A stretch of 64,000 bases of DNA, taken from the NCBI GenBank assembly GCA_965240465.1, contig OZ251219.1:566681-630680 (forward strand), in the 5' to 3' direction. This DNA is from a bacterium (lineage in GTDB: Bacteria; SAR324; JACQKK01). Position numbers and translations under genes: made by a program. Shown here piece after piece: positions 10,332-19,450 of this stretch (within the stretch, counting starts at the first letter, position 1; each line of letters opens with the position of its first letter). The notes under the pieces were generated by a model. The model worked only from the letters and a program-made list of their open reading frames with translations, was not told where the DNA came from and did no database searches.

Positions 10332-10465
10332 CGTTTATAACGCCAACTGGCATAGCTACTGACTCTTAAAGTACCCGAATAGGTTCCAGTACCAAATGCC
10401 CTTTATAAAGATTACAACTTCTAAAAAAATATGCCAAATATATTAAATAATACCCCGTTCACCTA

Positions 10466-11479
10466 CTATAATTGCAGGGTCTGACGATATTTTTTTCCCA
10501 AATAGCCCTCGCCAATGAGTTCCACTGGTCCCTGCTGGCGTAATTGATATTCTGGCGATACCTCAACCCGCAAGTAGCCTCCGGGCATTTGAACCTTTAG
10601 AGGAGTGTCGGCATAACCCTGTTTTACCGCGGCCGCGGCCGCGGCACAAGCACTACTGCCCGATGCCAGTGTGTATCCTGCTCCGCGTTCCCAGATTTCC
10701 AAACGGAGCTGATGAGCATCCAGGACCTGAGTAAATTGCACGTTGGTACGCTGAGGAAAGCAAGCATGATTTTCCAATTGAGGTCCCAAACGAAGTGCTA
10801 ATTGAGGACTAACACGCGGACAAAAGACCACACAATGTGGATTTCCCAAGCCGACTGCCACCACTTCCGCCCTTTCTTCTTTTAGCTGGAGGCAATGTAC
10901 TCCTCCATCGTAAGACATGGCCTTATCGGAACGGATCGGGATAAGCCGCGGTTCAAATACTGCTTGCCCCATGCTGACAACCACCTCCGTGCCTGCTGAG
11001 TTCAGCAGTTCCACCTCTAGCAGCTCGGTTGCGGTCTTAATGGCAAAGCGACGCTTCTTTATCAAGCTCCGTCGCCACAGATGACATGCGAATATTCGCA
11101 GACCATTACCACTTTTTTCCGCTTTACTGCCATCAGGATTATAAATTCTCACCTCAGGAACTTGTCCTTCTTGCTCTCTCTGCCCTCCTTCCTGTCCTTC
11201 TCGCTCTCCTTGCCCTTCCTGCTCTCCTTGCCCTTCCTGCTCTCCTTGCCCTTCCTGCTCTCCTTGCCCTTCCTGCTCTCCTTGTCCTTCTCGCTCTCCT
11301 TGTCCTTCTCGCTCTCCTTGCCCTTCCCCCCAGTGAGGACCAAATAAAATTCCGTCCGCACCTACTCCCTTACTGCGATGGCACAAAGCAATTACCTGAC
11401 TAGCACTGAGGGACTTAAAGCGAGCGGGTTCCAGCACCAAATAATCATTGCCTAGTCCGTGATATTTATAAAAATCCAT
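10466..11479 (-). CDS. dapF: Diaminopimelate epimerase homologue (DapF fold) with Ser at both catalytic Cys positions and a repeat insertion
   Basis: MDFYKYHGLGNDYLVL N-terminus. NPDGSKAEKSGNGLR matches the DapF motif N-x-D-G-S-x4-C-G-N-G-x-R except for C to S. WERGAGYTLASGSSACAAA compares with the E. coli YERGAGETQACGSGACAAV. Confidence 0.75.
   Translation of the reverse strand: MDFYKYHGLGNDYLVLEPARFKSLSASQVIALCHRSKGVGADGILFGPHWGEGQGEREGQGEREGQGEQEGQGEQEGQGEQEGQGEQEGQGEREGQEGGQREQEGQVPEVRIYNPDGSKAEKSGNGLRIFACHLWRRSLIKKRRFAIKTATELLEVELLNSAGTEVVVSMGQAVFEPRLIPIRSDKAMSYDGGVHCLQLKEERAEVVAVGLGNPHCVVFCPRVSPQLALRLGPQLENHACFPQRTNVQFTQVLDAHQLRLEIWERGAGYTLASGSSACAAAAAAVKQGYADTPLKVQMPGGYLRVEVSPEYQLRQQGPVELIGEGYLGKKYRQTLQL
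11161..11330. repeat. 18-bp tandem repeat (~9 units) inside dapF, encoding (EGQGE[R/Q])n
   Basis: ctccttgcccttcctgct-type units read directly. Spurious ORFs appear in the other frames and on the other strand. Confidence 0.9.
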
Positions 11480-11490
11480 TTACCTTCATC

Positions 11491-12639
11491 CTATTTCTGC
11501 CGACGGCACCACTCCGCTTGCTTGGCACGCCTAAGCCTTGACGAATCAGCTGGACGTACATAATGGGCTTTTAACCAATATTTACCCCCTTTTGCGTGTA
11601 GCCAGCCATCTACTCGCACTTTTTCTCCGACCCGTACTTTCTCCACATGGGGTCCTCGCCGCAGTGCCAGCAGAGAAAATCTAACCTCTAGTGGATCTCT
11701 ATTTGCCCCTAGTATCATCTTCCAGTACAACCAACCTCCCTGCCAACGACGAAAACTCTCCTGCACCACTCCTTCCAATTCTACAAACTTACCTATCGCC
11801 AGCTGTCGCTCCCTATCCCATTCTTTCAAGCTGATAAGACCTCGGTAGGCTGGATTTTCTTTGGAATGCACAGTTCTCCCATTCCGCTCATTCCGCTCAT
11901 TCCGCCCATTCCGCTCATTCTGCCCATTCTTGTCATCTCGCAATCTTTCCAAATAATACTGCCGAGAAACCTTTTTCTTCCAGATTCCCACTCCGTCTTC
12001 AAAAGCTTGAGATTCTGCCTCCAAAAAATCATCATAACGGCTGGGAACTTGGTAACGAGTGTTCAACACCGACCAGCCCTGGCGTACTAAATCCAAATTG
12101 AGGTTATTTTTTCCCAAGCAGATTTGTCCTAGCAGGCGACCATATTTTCCTCTTCTTATGCCCTGTGGTAACCAGATCTCCACCTTAGTTGGAGGCGGAT
12201 AACGCCGCTGCCAATCCTGAAAACTCTGCCTGAGAAAATCTTCCGCCCGTTCTGCATCAGCACGATTCCAATCCTTCTTACTATTCAACTCGGGAGTATC
12301 CACATATACCAAACGCAATTTCTCTTCTGGTATCGTTATGCTTCCGTCGCCATCAAAATCAGCCTTCCAAGTGTCCCCGTCTACCACTTCAGATAAGCTA
12401 AACTTCTTCTCCAACCACAAACCCTGAGTATGAACACACCCAGCTTGAAAAAAAATCCCCCCCAACCCCCCCAGCCCCCCCAGCCCCAACCACAGCCCCA
12501 GCACCGAAAATTTCGCTCCCATTGTTCTCACCCCTCCCGCTACTTGATAATCCTTGCGTCTTCGGGGCTGCTCGGGCATCTTAATAGGAAGCCGACTTTG
12601 CTTTAAAAATCTTATTATCATCAGCACCTTCATCAGCAT
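11491..12639 (-). CDS. Membrane-anchored staphylococcal-nuclease (SNase/thermonuclease)-like protein with a C-terminal OB-like domain
   Basis: TM/Gly-rich anchor (LGLWLGLGGLGGLGG). The SNase core reads VVDGDTWKADFDG..LRLVYVDTPEL..GKYGRLLGQI. A 9-bp repeat at 11880-11933 encodes NGRNERNER. Confidence 0.6.
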   Translation of the reverse strand: MLMKVLMIIRFLKQSRLPIKMPEQPRRRKDYQVAGGVRTMGAKFSVLGLWLGLGGLGGLGGIFFQAGCVHTQGLWLEKKFSLSEVVDGDTWKADFDGDGSITIPEEKLRLVYVDTPELNSKKDWNRADAERAEDFLRQSFQDWQRRYPPPTKVEIWLPQGIRRGKYGRLLGQICLGKNNLNLDLVRQGWSVLNTRYQVPSRYDDFLEAESQAFEDGVGIWKKKVSRQYYLERLRDDKNGQNERNGRNERNERNGRTVHSKENPAYRGLISLKEWDRERQLAIGKFVELEGVVQESFRRWQGGWLYWKMILGANRDPLEVRFSLLALRRGPHVEKVRVGEKVRVDGWLHAKGGKYWLKAHYVRPADSSRLRRAKQAEWCRRQK

Positions 12640-12698
12640 CTTTTTTAACGCCTACTTTATTAACACTTAGGGTACTTTATCACCAACCACATGGCATT

Positions 12699-13667
12699 AT
12701 GAGCGTATTTGAGCCTGCCCTATTCGGCAAATTAAAGATCCGAAATCGGATCGTATATTCACCCTACATTGAGAATCAAGCTACCAAGAATGGTTATCTT
12801 ACCCCCGCGATAGAGGGATTTTATCTTGATCTAGCTCAACAAGGAGTAGGGCTAGTGCTGATAGAATCTGCTTTTGTAGCTGCCCAAGGACGTACTCATC
12901 ATAATCAGCTGGGGATTGCCAATGAAGCTCAAATTGAGCAGCTAGCCCACCTGACCAAAGCCATCAAGGCTGAAGGGGCTTGTGTTGGACTGAGGCTCAT
13001 GCACGCTGGTTCTCGCACTTCGGCTATTATTTGTGGCGAACAGCCCTTGAGTCCCTCCCCCATGAAATGGGGGAAAAACTATGACCAAAGCCGAGCATTT
13101 GATTCTGGAGACATTGAAGAAATAAAGTTATCATTTGTTCATGCCGCTGAAAGAGCTGAAGAAGCTGGAATTGAGCTGATAGAAATAAATGGAGGACAAC
13201 AATTTCTGCTAGATCAATGCTTTTCTAAGCGTCTTAATAAACGCAAAGATGATTATGGAGGTGCTATTCCAGCTCGCATGCGGTTGAGCTTGGAAATCAT
13301 TGCTGCCATCCGTGAGCGTATTTCACCTGCCATCCCCCTTTCTTTTTTCTTCTCCAGCCAAGAAAGAATAGAAGCTGGCATGAACGAAAAAGAACTCGCC
13401 CAATTTATCAAATTACTTACCGAATCCCCACTGGATATGATCCACCCTGCCAACTTGCACATGACCAGCAAGCCCTTTCAAACCGAAGAAACCTTGGTTA
13501 ACTGGACTGGAAATCTCTCTAAGAAACCTCTCATCGTGGAAGGCAATATAAGATCGCCACAAATGATTGATGACCTGCTCGCCATTCCCAAAGTATCCCT
13601 GCTATGTCTGGATAAAACGCTTTATACCCGACCTAATTGGTATCAATTCCTGCAAGATAGGATCTAA
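12699..13667 (+). CDS. NADH:flavin oxidoreductase (Old Yellow Enzyme-like TIM barrel) family
   Basis: 322 aa. LFGKLKIRNRIVYSPY.., GLVLIESAFV, LMHAGS, and a GIELIEINGGQQFLLDQCFSKRLNKRKDDYGG pattern. Confidence 0.6.
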   Translation: MSVFEPALFGKLKIRNRIVYSPYIENQATKNGYLTPAIEGFYLDLAQQGVGLVLIESAFVAAQGRTHHNQLGIANEAQIEQLAHLTKAIKAEGACVGLRLMHAGSRTSAIICGEQPLSPSPMKWGKNYDQSRAFDSGDIEEIKLSFVHAAERAEEAGIELIEINGGQQFLLDQCFSKRLNKRKDDYGGAIPARMRLSLEIIAAIRERISPAIPLSFFFSSQERIEAGMNEKELAQFIKLLTESPLDMIHPANLHMTSKPFQTEETLVNWTGNLSKKPLIVEGNIRSPQMIDDLLAIPKVSLLCLDKTLYTRPNWYQFLQDRI

Positions 13668-13699
13668 GCCCTCCCCTCCCCCGCTGGTTACTCAGAACG

Positions 13700-14305
13700 C
13701 TATAAGAGAGATCCTTGCTGGAGGTCTGGTGTTTTTTCCTCAGGCAAGCTCCAACTAAGAGCTACTGATTTGATCTCTCCCCTGCTCTCATAGGACAATT
13801 TTTGGTGCTGGAGGGCATATTGGTGGACACGGCGAGTAATTTCCACATCTTTGATGCAATAATCCATCAATTCTTTCAGTTTTCCTTCCTTGTACCATTG
13901 CAGTGCTTGCAGTCCCGAAGAACTTTTACTCTCTTGCAAGGTAGCCCGAGCTAACGCATCCAGCCCGACGCGATGCCCCAATAATTTTTGCAACTCCACC
14001 ATTATATCAAAATTATTGAGCGAACATAGCTCCCCATAAAGCTGCTCACGAGCACCCTTTTCAACCTCACTGCCTGCCAGCACCATTAAATCAAAGCGGA
14101 TGTGATTAAATCCCACCACCAACTCACCCTGCCTAAGATGCCCTATTAACTTCATTACCTCATCCTCTGCATATTGCTCATATCGCTGAGTTTGGCTATC
14201 ATAGACCACCCCGCAGGACATTCCCATATCCACGATGTTCTCCCAACCGCCCACTTCATCGGCTGATAACTTCGTTTCTAAATCAAAATATAGTACTCGC
14301 AACAT
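13700..14305 (-). CDS. RNase H-fold / DEDD-type 3'-5' exonuclease-like protein
   Basis: 201 aa. An Exo I-like VLYFDLET motif and later acidic motifs (FNHIRFDL, YCIKDVE). Function not established. Confidence 0.45.
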   Translation of the reverse strand: MLRVLYFDLETKLSADEVGGWENIVDMGMSCGVVYDSQTQRYEQYAEDEVMKLIGHLRQGELVVGFNHIRFDLMVLAGSEVEKGAREQLYGELCSLNNFDIMVELQKLLGHRVGLDALARATLQESKSSSGLQALQWYKEGKLKELMDYCIKDVEITRRVHQYALQHQKLSYESRGEIKSVALSWSLPEEKTPDLQQGSLL

Positions 14306-14501
14306 CCTTTTCGCTCCCTACAACTGATACTAGCAATTCTGCTACTATCAAGCAACTCGTTATAGCATATCAGCAAAGATATCGCCATCTATCCCTCATC
14401 TTAGGCATAAGATTTGCTTTAAGGCGGGTAGGCGAAGAAGGCAAAGAAGGCAAATAATCACCCAATCCCCCCACCCCCCACCCCCCACGGAGTTCTCAGC
14501 T

Positions 14502-15233
14502 ATGTTCACCTCCCCATCACCAAAGAACCCTCCCCGTAGCCCGTATTTATCCTTATCCGCCAGACTAATTGCCAGTACCCTCATCATCGCTGGGCTGTCT
14601 GGTTGTGGCTGGACTCGCTCTGCTTATGAAGCCCGTCAGCTAAAGCAACTCGGTCCCGAGCGTAAAGATTGGGGCTCACCCACTACCAATAGCTCGCTGA
14701 ATACCCCAAAAAAACCAGAACTTAGCCCCTCCAGTAAAAATCCCGACCTAACAAAAAACCTCGCTCCCACACAAACTCAAGACATTCCAAACCTCCTCAT
14801 TGAACTCAATCCCCCTGCCAAACCTCGCCAACTGCAGTCTATCGCCGTTGCCAAACCCAGCTATCAAGCGGCTTATCAAAAATTCTCTCAGCAGGAATAT
14901 CAACAAGCCATCACCGATTTTCAGGTCTTTCTCCTCCGCTACCCCAATGACGTCCACAGCGATAACGCCCAGTTCTGGATCGGTGAAAGTCATTTCCGCC
15001 TCGGAGATCCAGACTCTGCCTCCAAAGCCTATCGCCAAGTACTAACCAACTACGAGCATCGCCCTAGCAGAGACGGGTATAAAACCCCTGAGGCCATGTA
15101 CCGACTGGGTGAGATTGCCTTCCAGCAACAAAAAACCCAGCAAGCTACCCAATACCTCAAATACCTCCAGCAGAATTTTCCCCAGAGCCCGTCTGCTAAA
15201 AAGGCAACCCGTCTCCTACAACAGAATTCCTAG
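14502..15233 (+). CDS. YbgF/CpoB-like TPR lipoprotein (Tol-Pal associated family)
   Basis: Lipobox IAGLSGC. The C-terminal TPR region YQAAYQKFSQQEYQQAITDFQVFLLRYPNDVHSDNAQFWIGESHF is typical of YbgF. Confidence 0.6.
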   Translation: MFTSPSPKNPPRSPYLSLSARLIASTLIIAGLSGCGWTRSAYEARQLKQLGPERKDWGSPTTNSSLNTPKKPELSPSSKNPDLTKNLAPTQTQDIPNLLIELNPPAKPRQLQSIAVAKPSYQAAYQKFSQQEYQQAITDFQVFLLRYPNDVHSDNAQFWIGESHFRLGDPDSASKAYRQVLTNYEHRPSRDGYKTPEAMYRLGEIAFQQQKTQQATQYLKYLQQNFPQSPSAKKATRLLQQNS

Positions 15234-15262
15234 CGATCAGAGATAGTAGGAAAATAGGAAAA

Positions 15263-16564
15263 TTAAACATCTGTATCAGGTGGAGGATAAACCTCTAATA
15301 AAAAATGCTTCTTTTTCCCTACCCGAAGCATGATCTTCCCGTTCTGTAGGTCTTCGGTGGATAAAATTCGGGCTGGATCCTTGATTATCTTTCCGTTCAC
15401 CCGTACTCCTCCCTGTTCCACTAGGCGTCTGGCTTGACTATGGGAAGCAGCTAACCCCTTATCTTTCAAGATACTCAGCAGACCCAATCCATTTTGCAGC
15501 TTTTGTTTAAGAATGATGTCGTGGGGAACTCCGACCTTAATAGGCTTTTCAAGCAGTTTCTCTGACTGGTCCTCGGGGTTTTCCGAGTTGGAATCCTCTG
15601 GAAAGTGAAAAAGGGTGCGGGCTCCTTTTTCGGCTTTGAGGGCTTCTGTTTCACCGTGAGCAATTATGGTAGCTTCCAGTGCCAAGGTTGATTTTGCTTG
15701 GCGAATATCCTTACCTTGCAATTTCTCCAGCTGGGCGATTTCTTCTAAGGGCAGAGTGGTAAGATTTTTAAGAGCCTTAATTACATCCTCATCGGGAAGG
15801 CTGATCCAATATTGATGGTATTCATAAGGAGAGGTTTTCTGGGGATTAAGCCAAATGGCTCCCTTTTCGGTTTTACCCATTTTGCGTCCCTGCGAGGTAA
15901 TTAACAAGGGCAAGGTCCAACCAAAGGCTGATTTTTTGTGCTTTCTGCGTATTAAATCCACCCCGCTGAGGATATTAGTCCACTGGTCGCTGCCCCCGAT
16001 CTGTATTTGGCACTTGTAATTATCATAGAGATATAGGAAATCATAAGCCTGTAGCAGAGGATAACTGAATTCCAGAAATGAAATTCCATTACCTTCTATG
16101 CGATCCTTGATGGATTCAAATCCCAACATGCGATTGACAGAGAAATATTGTCCTATATCGCGCAAGAAATCAATAAGGCTAAGCTTGGAAAGCCAAGCGG
16201 CATTATTGAGAATAATGGGGGACTTTAGACCATATTCCCTCGGCAATAATTGCTTCAGCTGTTGACGCAAACCTTTCTCATTTTGTGCCAGTGTTTCTGC
16301 ATCCAGCATTTTACGCTGGGAGCTTTTACCGCTGGGATCTCCCACCACCGCAGTGCCTCCTCCAAGCACAACAATCGCCTGATCCCCCGCCAGCTGTAGC
16401 TGACGCAGAGCCATCAATGGACCCAAATGTCCCACATGAAGTGAATCCGCAGTGGGATCAAAGCCGATATAAGCCACTGGTGTTGTTTGTCGGGATAAAG
16501 CTGTTTCATCTGTGCATTGCTGAAACATTCCCCTGGATTTCAGTATTTCCCATATGTTCATCAA
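15263..16564 (-). CDS. tyrS: Tyrosyl-tRNA synthetase
   Basis: HIGH-type motif (PTADSLHVGHL), KMSKS-type motif (KMGKT) and a C-terminal S4 domain. Confidence 0.9.
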   Translation of the reverse strand: MMNIWEILKSRGMFQQCTDETALSRQTTPVAYIGFDPTADSLHVGHLGPLMALRQLQLAGDQAIVVLGGGTAVVGDPSGKSSQRKMLDAETLAQNEKGLRQQLKQLLPREYGLKSPIILNNAAWLSKLSLIDFLRDIGQYFSVNRMLGFESIKDRIEGNGISFLEFSYPLLQAYDFLYLYDNYKCQIQIGGSDQWTNILSGVDLIRRKHKKSAFGWTLPLLITSQGRKMGKTEKGAIWLNPQKTSPYEYHQYWISLPDEDVIKALKNLTTLPLEEIAQLEKLQGKDIRQAKSTLALEATIIAHGETEALKAEKGARTLFHFPEDSNSENPEDQSEKLLEKPIKVGVPHDIILKQKLQNGLGLLSILKDKGLAASHSQARRLVEQGGVRVNGKIIKDPARILSTEDLQNGKIMLRVGKKKHFLLEVYPPPDTDV

Positions 16565-16842
16565 TGATATTCCTTTATTTCCCTTATTTATGGTAGTAGA
16601 AGTGTTCTGGAAATCACCTAAACATGATTTTTCTAGCTATAAAGATAAGAAATTACTTGCCATCTGTTTCTTTTTTTGACACAATCCCAGCGAGTTTGCT
16701 ATCATAGCTGATGAAATTTAGTTAGCGGAATAATTATTTGGAATTTTATTTGGATTTAATTTGGGATTTAGTTAGTGAGACTTAGTTAGCGGAATTTTTA
16801 GCGAAGCTTAGTCAATTTATCAATAAAGAAGAGAAAGTCATT

Positions 16843-17055
16843 ATGCCTATTAAAGTGCCCGTTCATACCATTCCTGCTCATCCCATTGAGTTCAAGCGTA
16901 CTCAGTATTCAGATGCCCTGGAGAGCATGTTTCAAGAAGCCATTCGGGTGCATCAGAATTTTTGTACTTATAATCGTTGGCGTACTACTGATTATATCGG
17001 CTGTTTTTCTGAGCTCTCCGATGGATTCTTAAAATATCTTTCTCCCACCTCTTAA
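16843..17055 (+). CDS. Hypothetical 70-aa protein
   Basis: ATG preceded by a purine-rich stretch (aagaagagaaag). No recognisable domain. The stop abuts the 24-bp array. Confidence 0.3.
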   Translation: MPIKVPVHTIPAHPIEFKRTQYSDALESMFQEAIRVHQNFCTYNRWRTTDYIGCFSELSDGFLKYLSPTS

Positions 17056-17056
17056 A

Positions 17057-17856
17057 GGGTGCGAGGGGGCGAGGGATATAATTGCAAAGGGTGCGAGGGG
17101 ATGTAATTGCGAGGGGGCGAGGGATATAATTGCAAAGGGTGCGAGGGGATGTAATTGCGAGGGGGCGAGGGATATAATTGCAAAGGGTGCGAGGGGATGT
17201 AATTGCGAGGGGGCGAGGGATATAATTGCAAAGGGTGCGAGGGATATAATTGCAAAGGGTGCGAGGGGATGTAATTGCGAGGGGGCGAGGGATATAATTG
17301 CAAAGGGTGCGAGGGGATGTAATTGCGAGGGGGCGAGGGATATAATTGCAAAGGGTGCGAGGGGATGTAATTGCGAGGGGGCGAGGGATATAATTGCAAA
17401 GGGTGCGAGGGGATGTAATTGCGAGGGTGCGAGGGATATAATTGCAAAGGGTGCGAGGGGATGTAATTGCGAGGGTGCGAGGGATATAATTGCAAAGGGT
17501 GCGAGGGGATGTAATTGCGAGGGTGCGAGGGATATAATTGCAAAGGGTGCGAGGGGATGTAATTGCGAGGGTGCGAGGGATATAATTGCAAAGGGTGCGA
17601 GGGATATAATTGCAAAGGGTGCGAGGGATATAATTGCAAAGGGTGCGAGGGATATAATTGCAAAGGGTGCGAGGGATATAATTGCAAAGGGTGCGAGGGA
17701 TGTAATTGCGAGGGTGCGAGGGATATAATTGCAAAGGGTGCGAGGGATGTAATTGCGAGGGTGCGAGGGATATAATTGCAAAGGGTGCGAGGGATGTAAT
17801 TGCGAGGGGGCGAGGGATATAATTGCAAAGGGTGCGTGGGGGATATAATTGCAAAG
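17057..17856. repeat. ~800-bp minisatellite of ~33 x 24-bp units with block-wise variant structure
   Basis: Variant units are GGGTGCGAGGGATATAATTGCAAA (A), GGGTGCGAGGGGATGTAATTGCGA (B) and GGGGGCGAGGGATATAATTGCAAA (C). They are arranged as (BC)n with a 48-bp period, then (BA)n, then (A)n, then a mixed block. All three minus-strand frames are open. Confidence 0.95.
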
Positions 17857-17986
17857 GATGGGCGGTGGCAGGCTGGTTACGTCCTATTCCTCTACCAAGA
17901 TTTTTGGGGGTGGTTGATGGATTTGGGGGTGTTGGGGGTGTTGGGGGTGGCTGATGGGTTTCTGGGGTTATCAGATCATTGCCGAG

Positions 17987-19408
17987 TTAACATTGCCGAG
18001 TTAGTTTTCTGCTATCTTTTTGCTCCAGTAATTTCAAGCCGCAGTGGAGTAGCAGGGATACAAATATGATGGTTGCGATGAGTACTTCATTATCGGACAG
18101 ATTGTTTTGAAACAGTCCAAACACTGCTTGGGATACTAAAGCTGCCAAGCAACCTCGGAAGACGTTTTTTTCAAAGTCTTCTGGTTTGGAGCGGGTTTGC
18201 CACAGGACGTACCCTCCCCATCCAAAGATAGCCATCCACCAGCCTAGTAAGGCTATCAAGCCCACCAGCCCGCTACCGAACCATATTTGCAAATAGATGT
18301 TGTGAGCATGGGGGTTGAGTGTTCCATAAGCGTAGGAGGATAAATTAGTTTGGGCGTCAAATTGTTCTCGGTAGCGGTGGAAGTGTTTGGGATTTAGCCC
18401 TCTCCCTAGCCATGGTTGTTGTTTAATTCCATGCCAAGCGATCTGCCAAAGTCTAGCTCTGGGGTTGGTATCCTTATGCGAGTCCAGTATTCGATAAACT
18501 GGGCTTGGTAAATGATCCAGATTAGCCATCAGTTGTTGCTGGAGGGGAAGCGGCAACATTTTCAGCAAGCCTCCTCGCTGATACCCCGCCATCAAGAGCA
18601 AAAAAGCTACCAAGCTAACCGCCAAAAACATCATCCGCCAGAAGAGAGAAAAACGCCGCAATAATGGAAATATCAAGAACCAGCTGCTCAGCCAAGCGAT
18701 CCGACTCAAGGAAAACAGGATCCCCAAGCCCGCGGCTACGGTACCCAAAAGCCACCACCATCTTTTTTCGCCGAAGTACAAACAAGAAAACAGCCCCAAA
18801 GGCATCAGCAAAAAACCCGCATAGGTAAGATGATGAGAAAACGTTCCATGGGCATGAAAAAACTTACTTCCCTCAAATTGACCCACAATGACGATCCTTT
18901 GCTCGCTAGAACGAGTAAAATCCCATCCCCAGTAGTACTGGCACACTCCATATAAGGCGATTAGGGCAATCGCGACTGCATAAACACGTAGCATTCGCTC
19001 TAATTTAACCTGTCTTAGAAAAGGTACTAAGGCTAAAATTAAAAGCCAGTACCACTGATCACTCATCCAATCTAAGTTCTCTGGTATGCTCGGAGAAAAA
19101 AATTGGGTGCTGGTTAAAATCAAGGGATAAGCCCACAACGCACCCCATAACCACCAGGGCCACTCCATCCATTGAGGGCGAAGGACTGATTGATTTACGG
19201 TCTTAGAATTTTTTAACATCCAAGCTTGTTTTGCCCATGTTCCCAGAGCTCCAGTCAGCACTATCATAAAGAACAAATTGGAAATTGATTGACTACAAAC
19301 ACTAGCCAGCAAAAGCCCATAACAGCTGATGGCTTGCCAGTTCTTCCTAATCTGGGAAAAAGCAGTCCCGACCCTGCTATAAGCGAAAAAATGGGGGCTT
19401 GTTTTCAT
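17987..19408 (-). CDS. O-antigen ligase / Wzy-like polytopic membrane protein
   Basis: 473 aa, ~10 predicted TM segments, with a Wzy_C-like region (..FSLSRIAWLSSW..). Confidence 0.6.
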   Translation of the reverse strand: MKTSPHFFAYSRVGTAFSQIRKNWQAISCYGLLLASVCSQSISNLFFMIVLTGALGTWAKQAWMLKNSKTVNQSVLRPQWMEWPWWLWGALWAYPLILTSTQFFSPSIPENLDWMSDQWYWLLILALVPFLRQVKLERMLRVYAVAIALIALYGVCQYYWGWDFTRSSEQRIVIVGQFEGSKFFHAHGTFSHHLTYAGFLLMPLGLFSCLYFGEKRWWWLLGTVAAGLGILFSLSRIAWLSSWFLIFPLLRRFSLFWRMMFLAVSLVAFLLLMAGYQRGGLLKMLPLPLQQQLMANLDHLPSPVYRILDSHKDTNPRARLWQIAWHGIKQQPWLGRGLNPKHFHRYREQFDAQTNLSSYAYGTLNPHAHNIYLQIWFGSGLVGLIALLGWWMAIFGWGGYVLWQTRSKPEDFEKNVFRGCLAALVSQAVFGLFQNNLSDNEVLIATIIFVSLLLHCGLKLLEQKDSRKLTRQC

Positions 19409-19450
19409 GATTTAGGGTCCTGATCTCATTAGGGTACTGGTCTCAATTTA

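Noticed and set aside
16985-17854. Three long overlapping minus-strand ORFs (289, 250 and 258 aa) and + strand ORFs through the 24-bp array, as possible repeat proteins
   Set aside because: All three frames are open only because a stop-free 24-bp unit is iterated. There is no RBS or start context, and the peptides are pure repeat translations. I treat the region as non-coding, although proteomics could overturn this.
17057-17856. CRISPR array interpretation of the 24-bp and 58-bp arrays
   Set aside because: Units are contiguous with no unique spacers, there are no cas genes in the window, and the unit sizes and structure fit minisatellites.
17057-17856. Array of sigma70 promoters (each unit contains TATAAT and TTGCAA/TTGCGA)
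   Set aside because: The -35-like to -10-like spacing fixed by the 24-bp period is 13 nt, far from the functional 16-18 nt.
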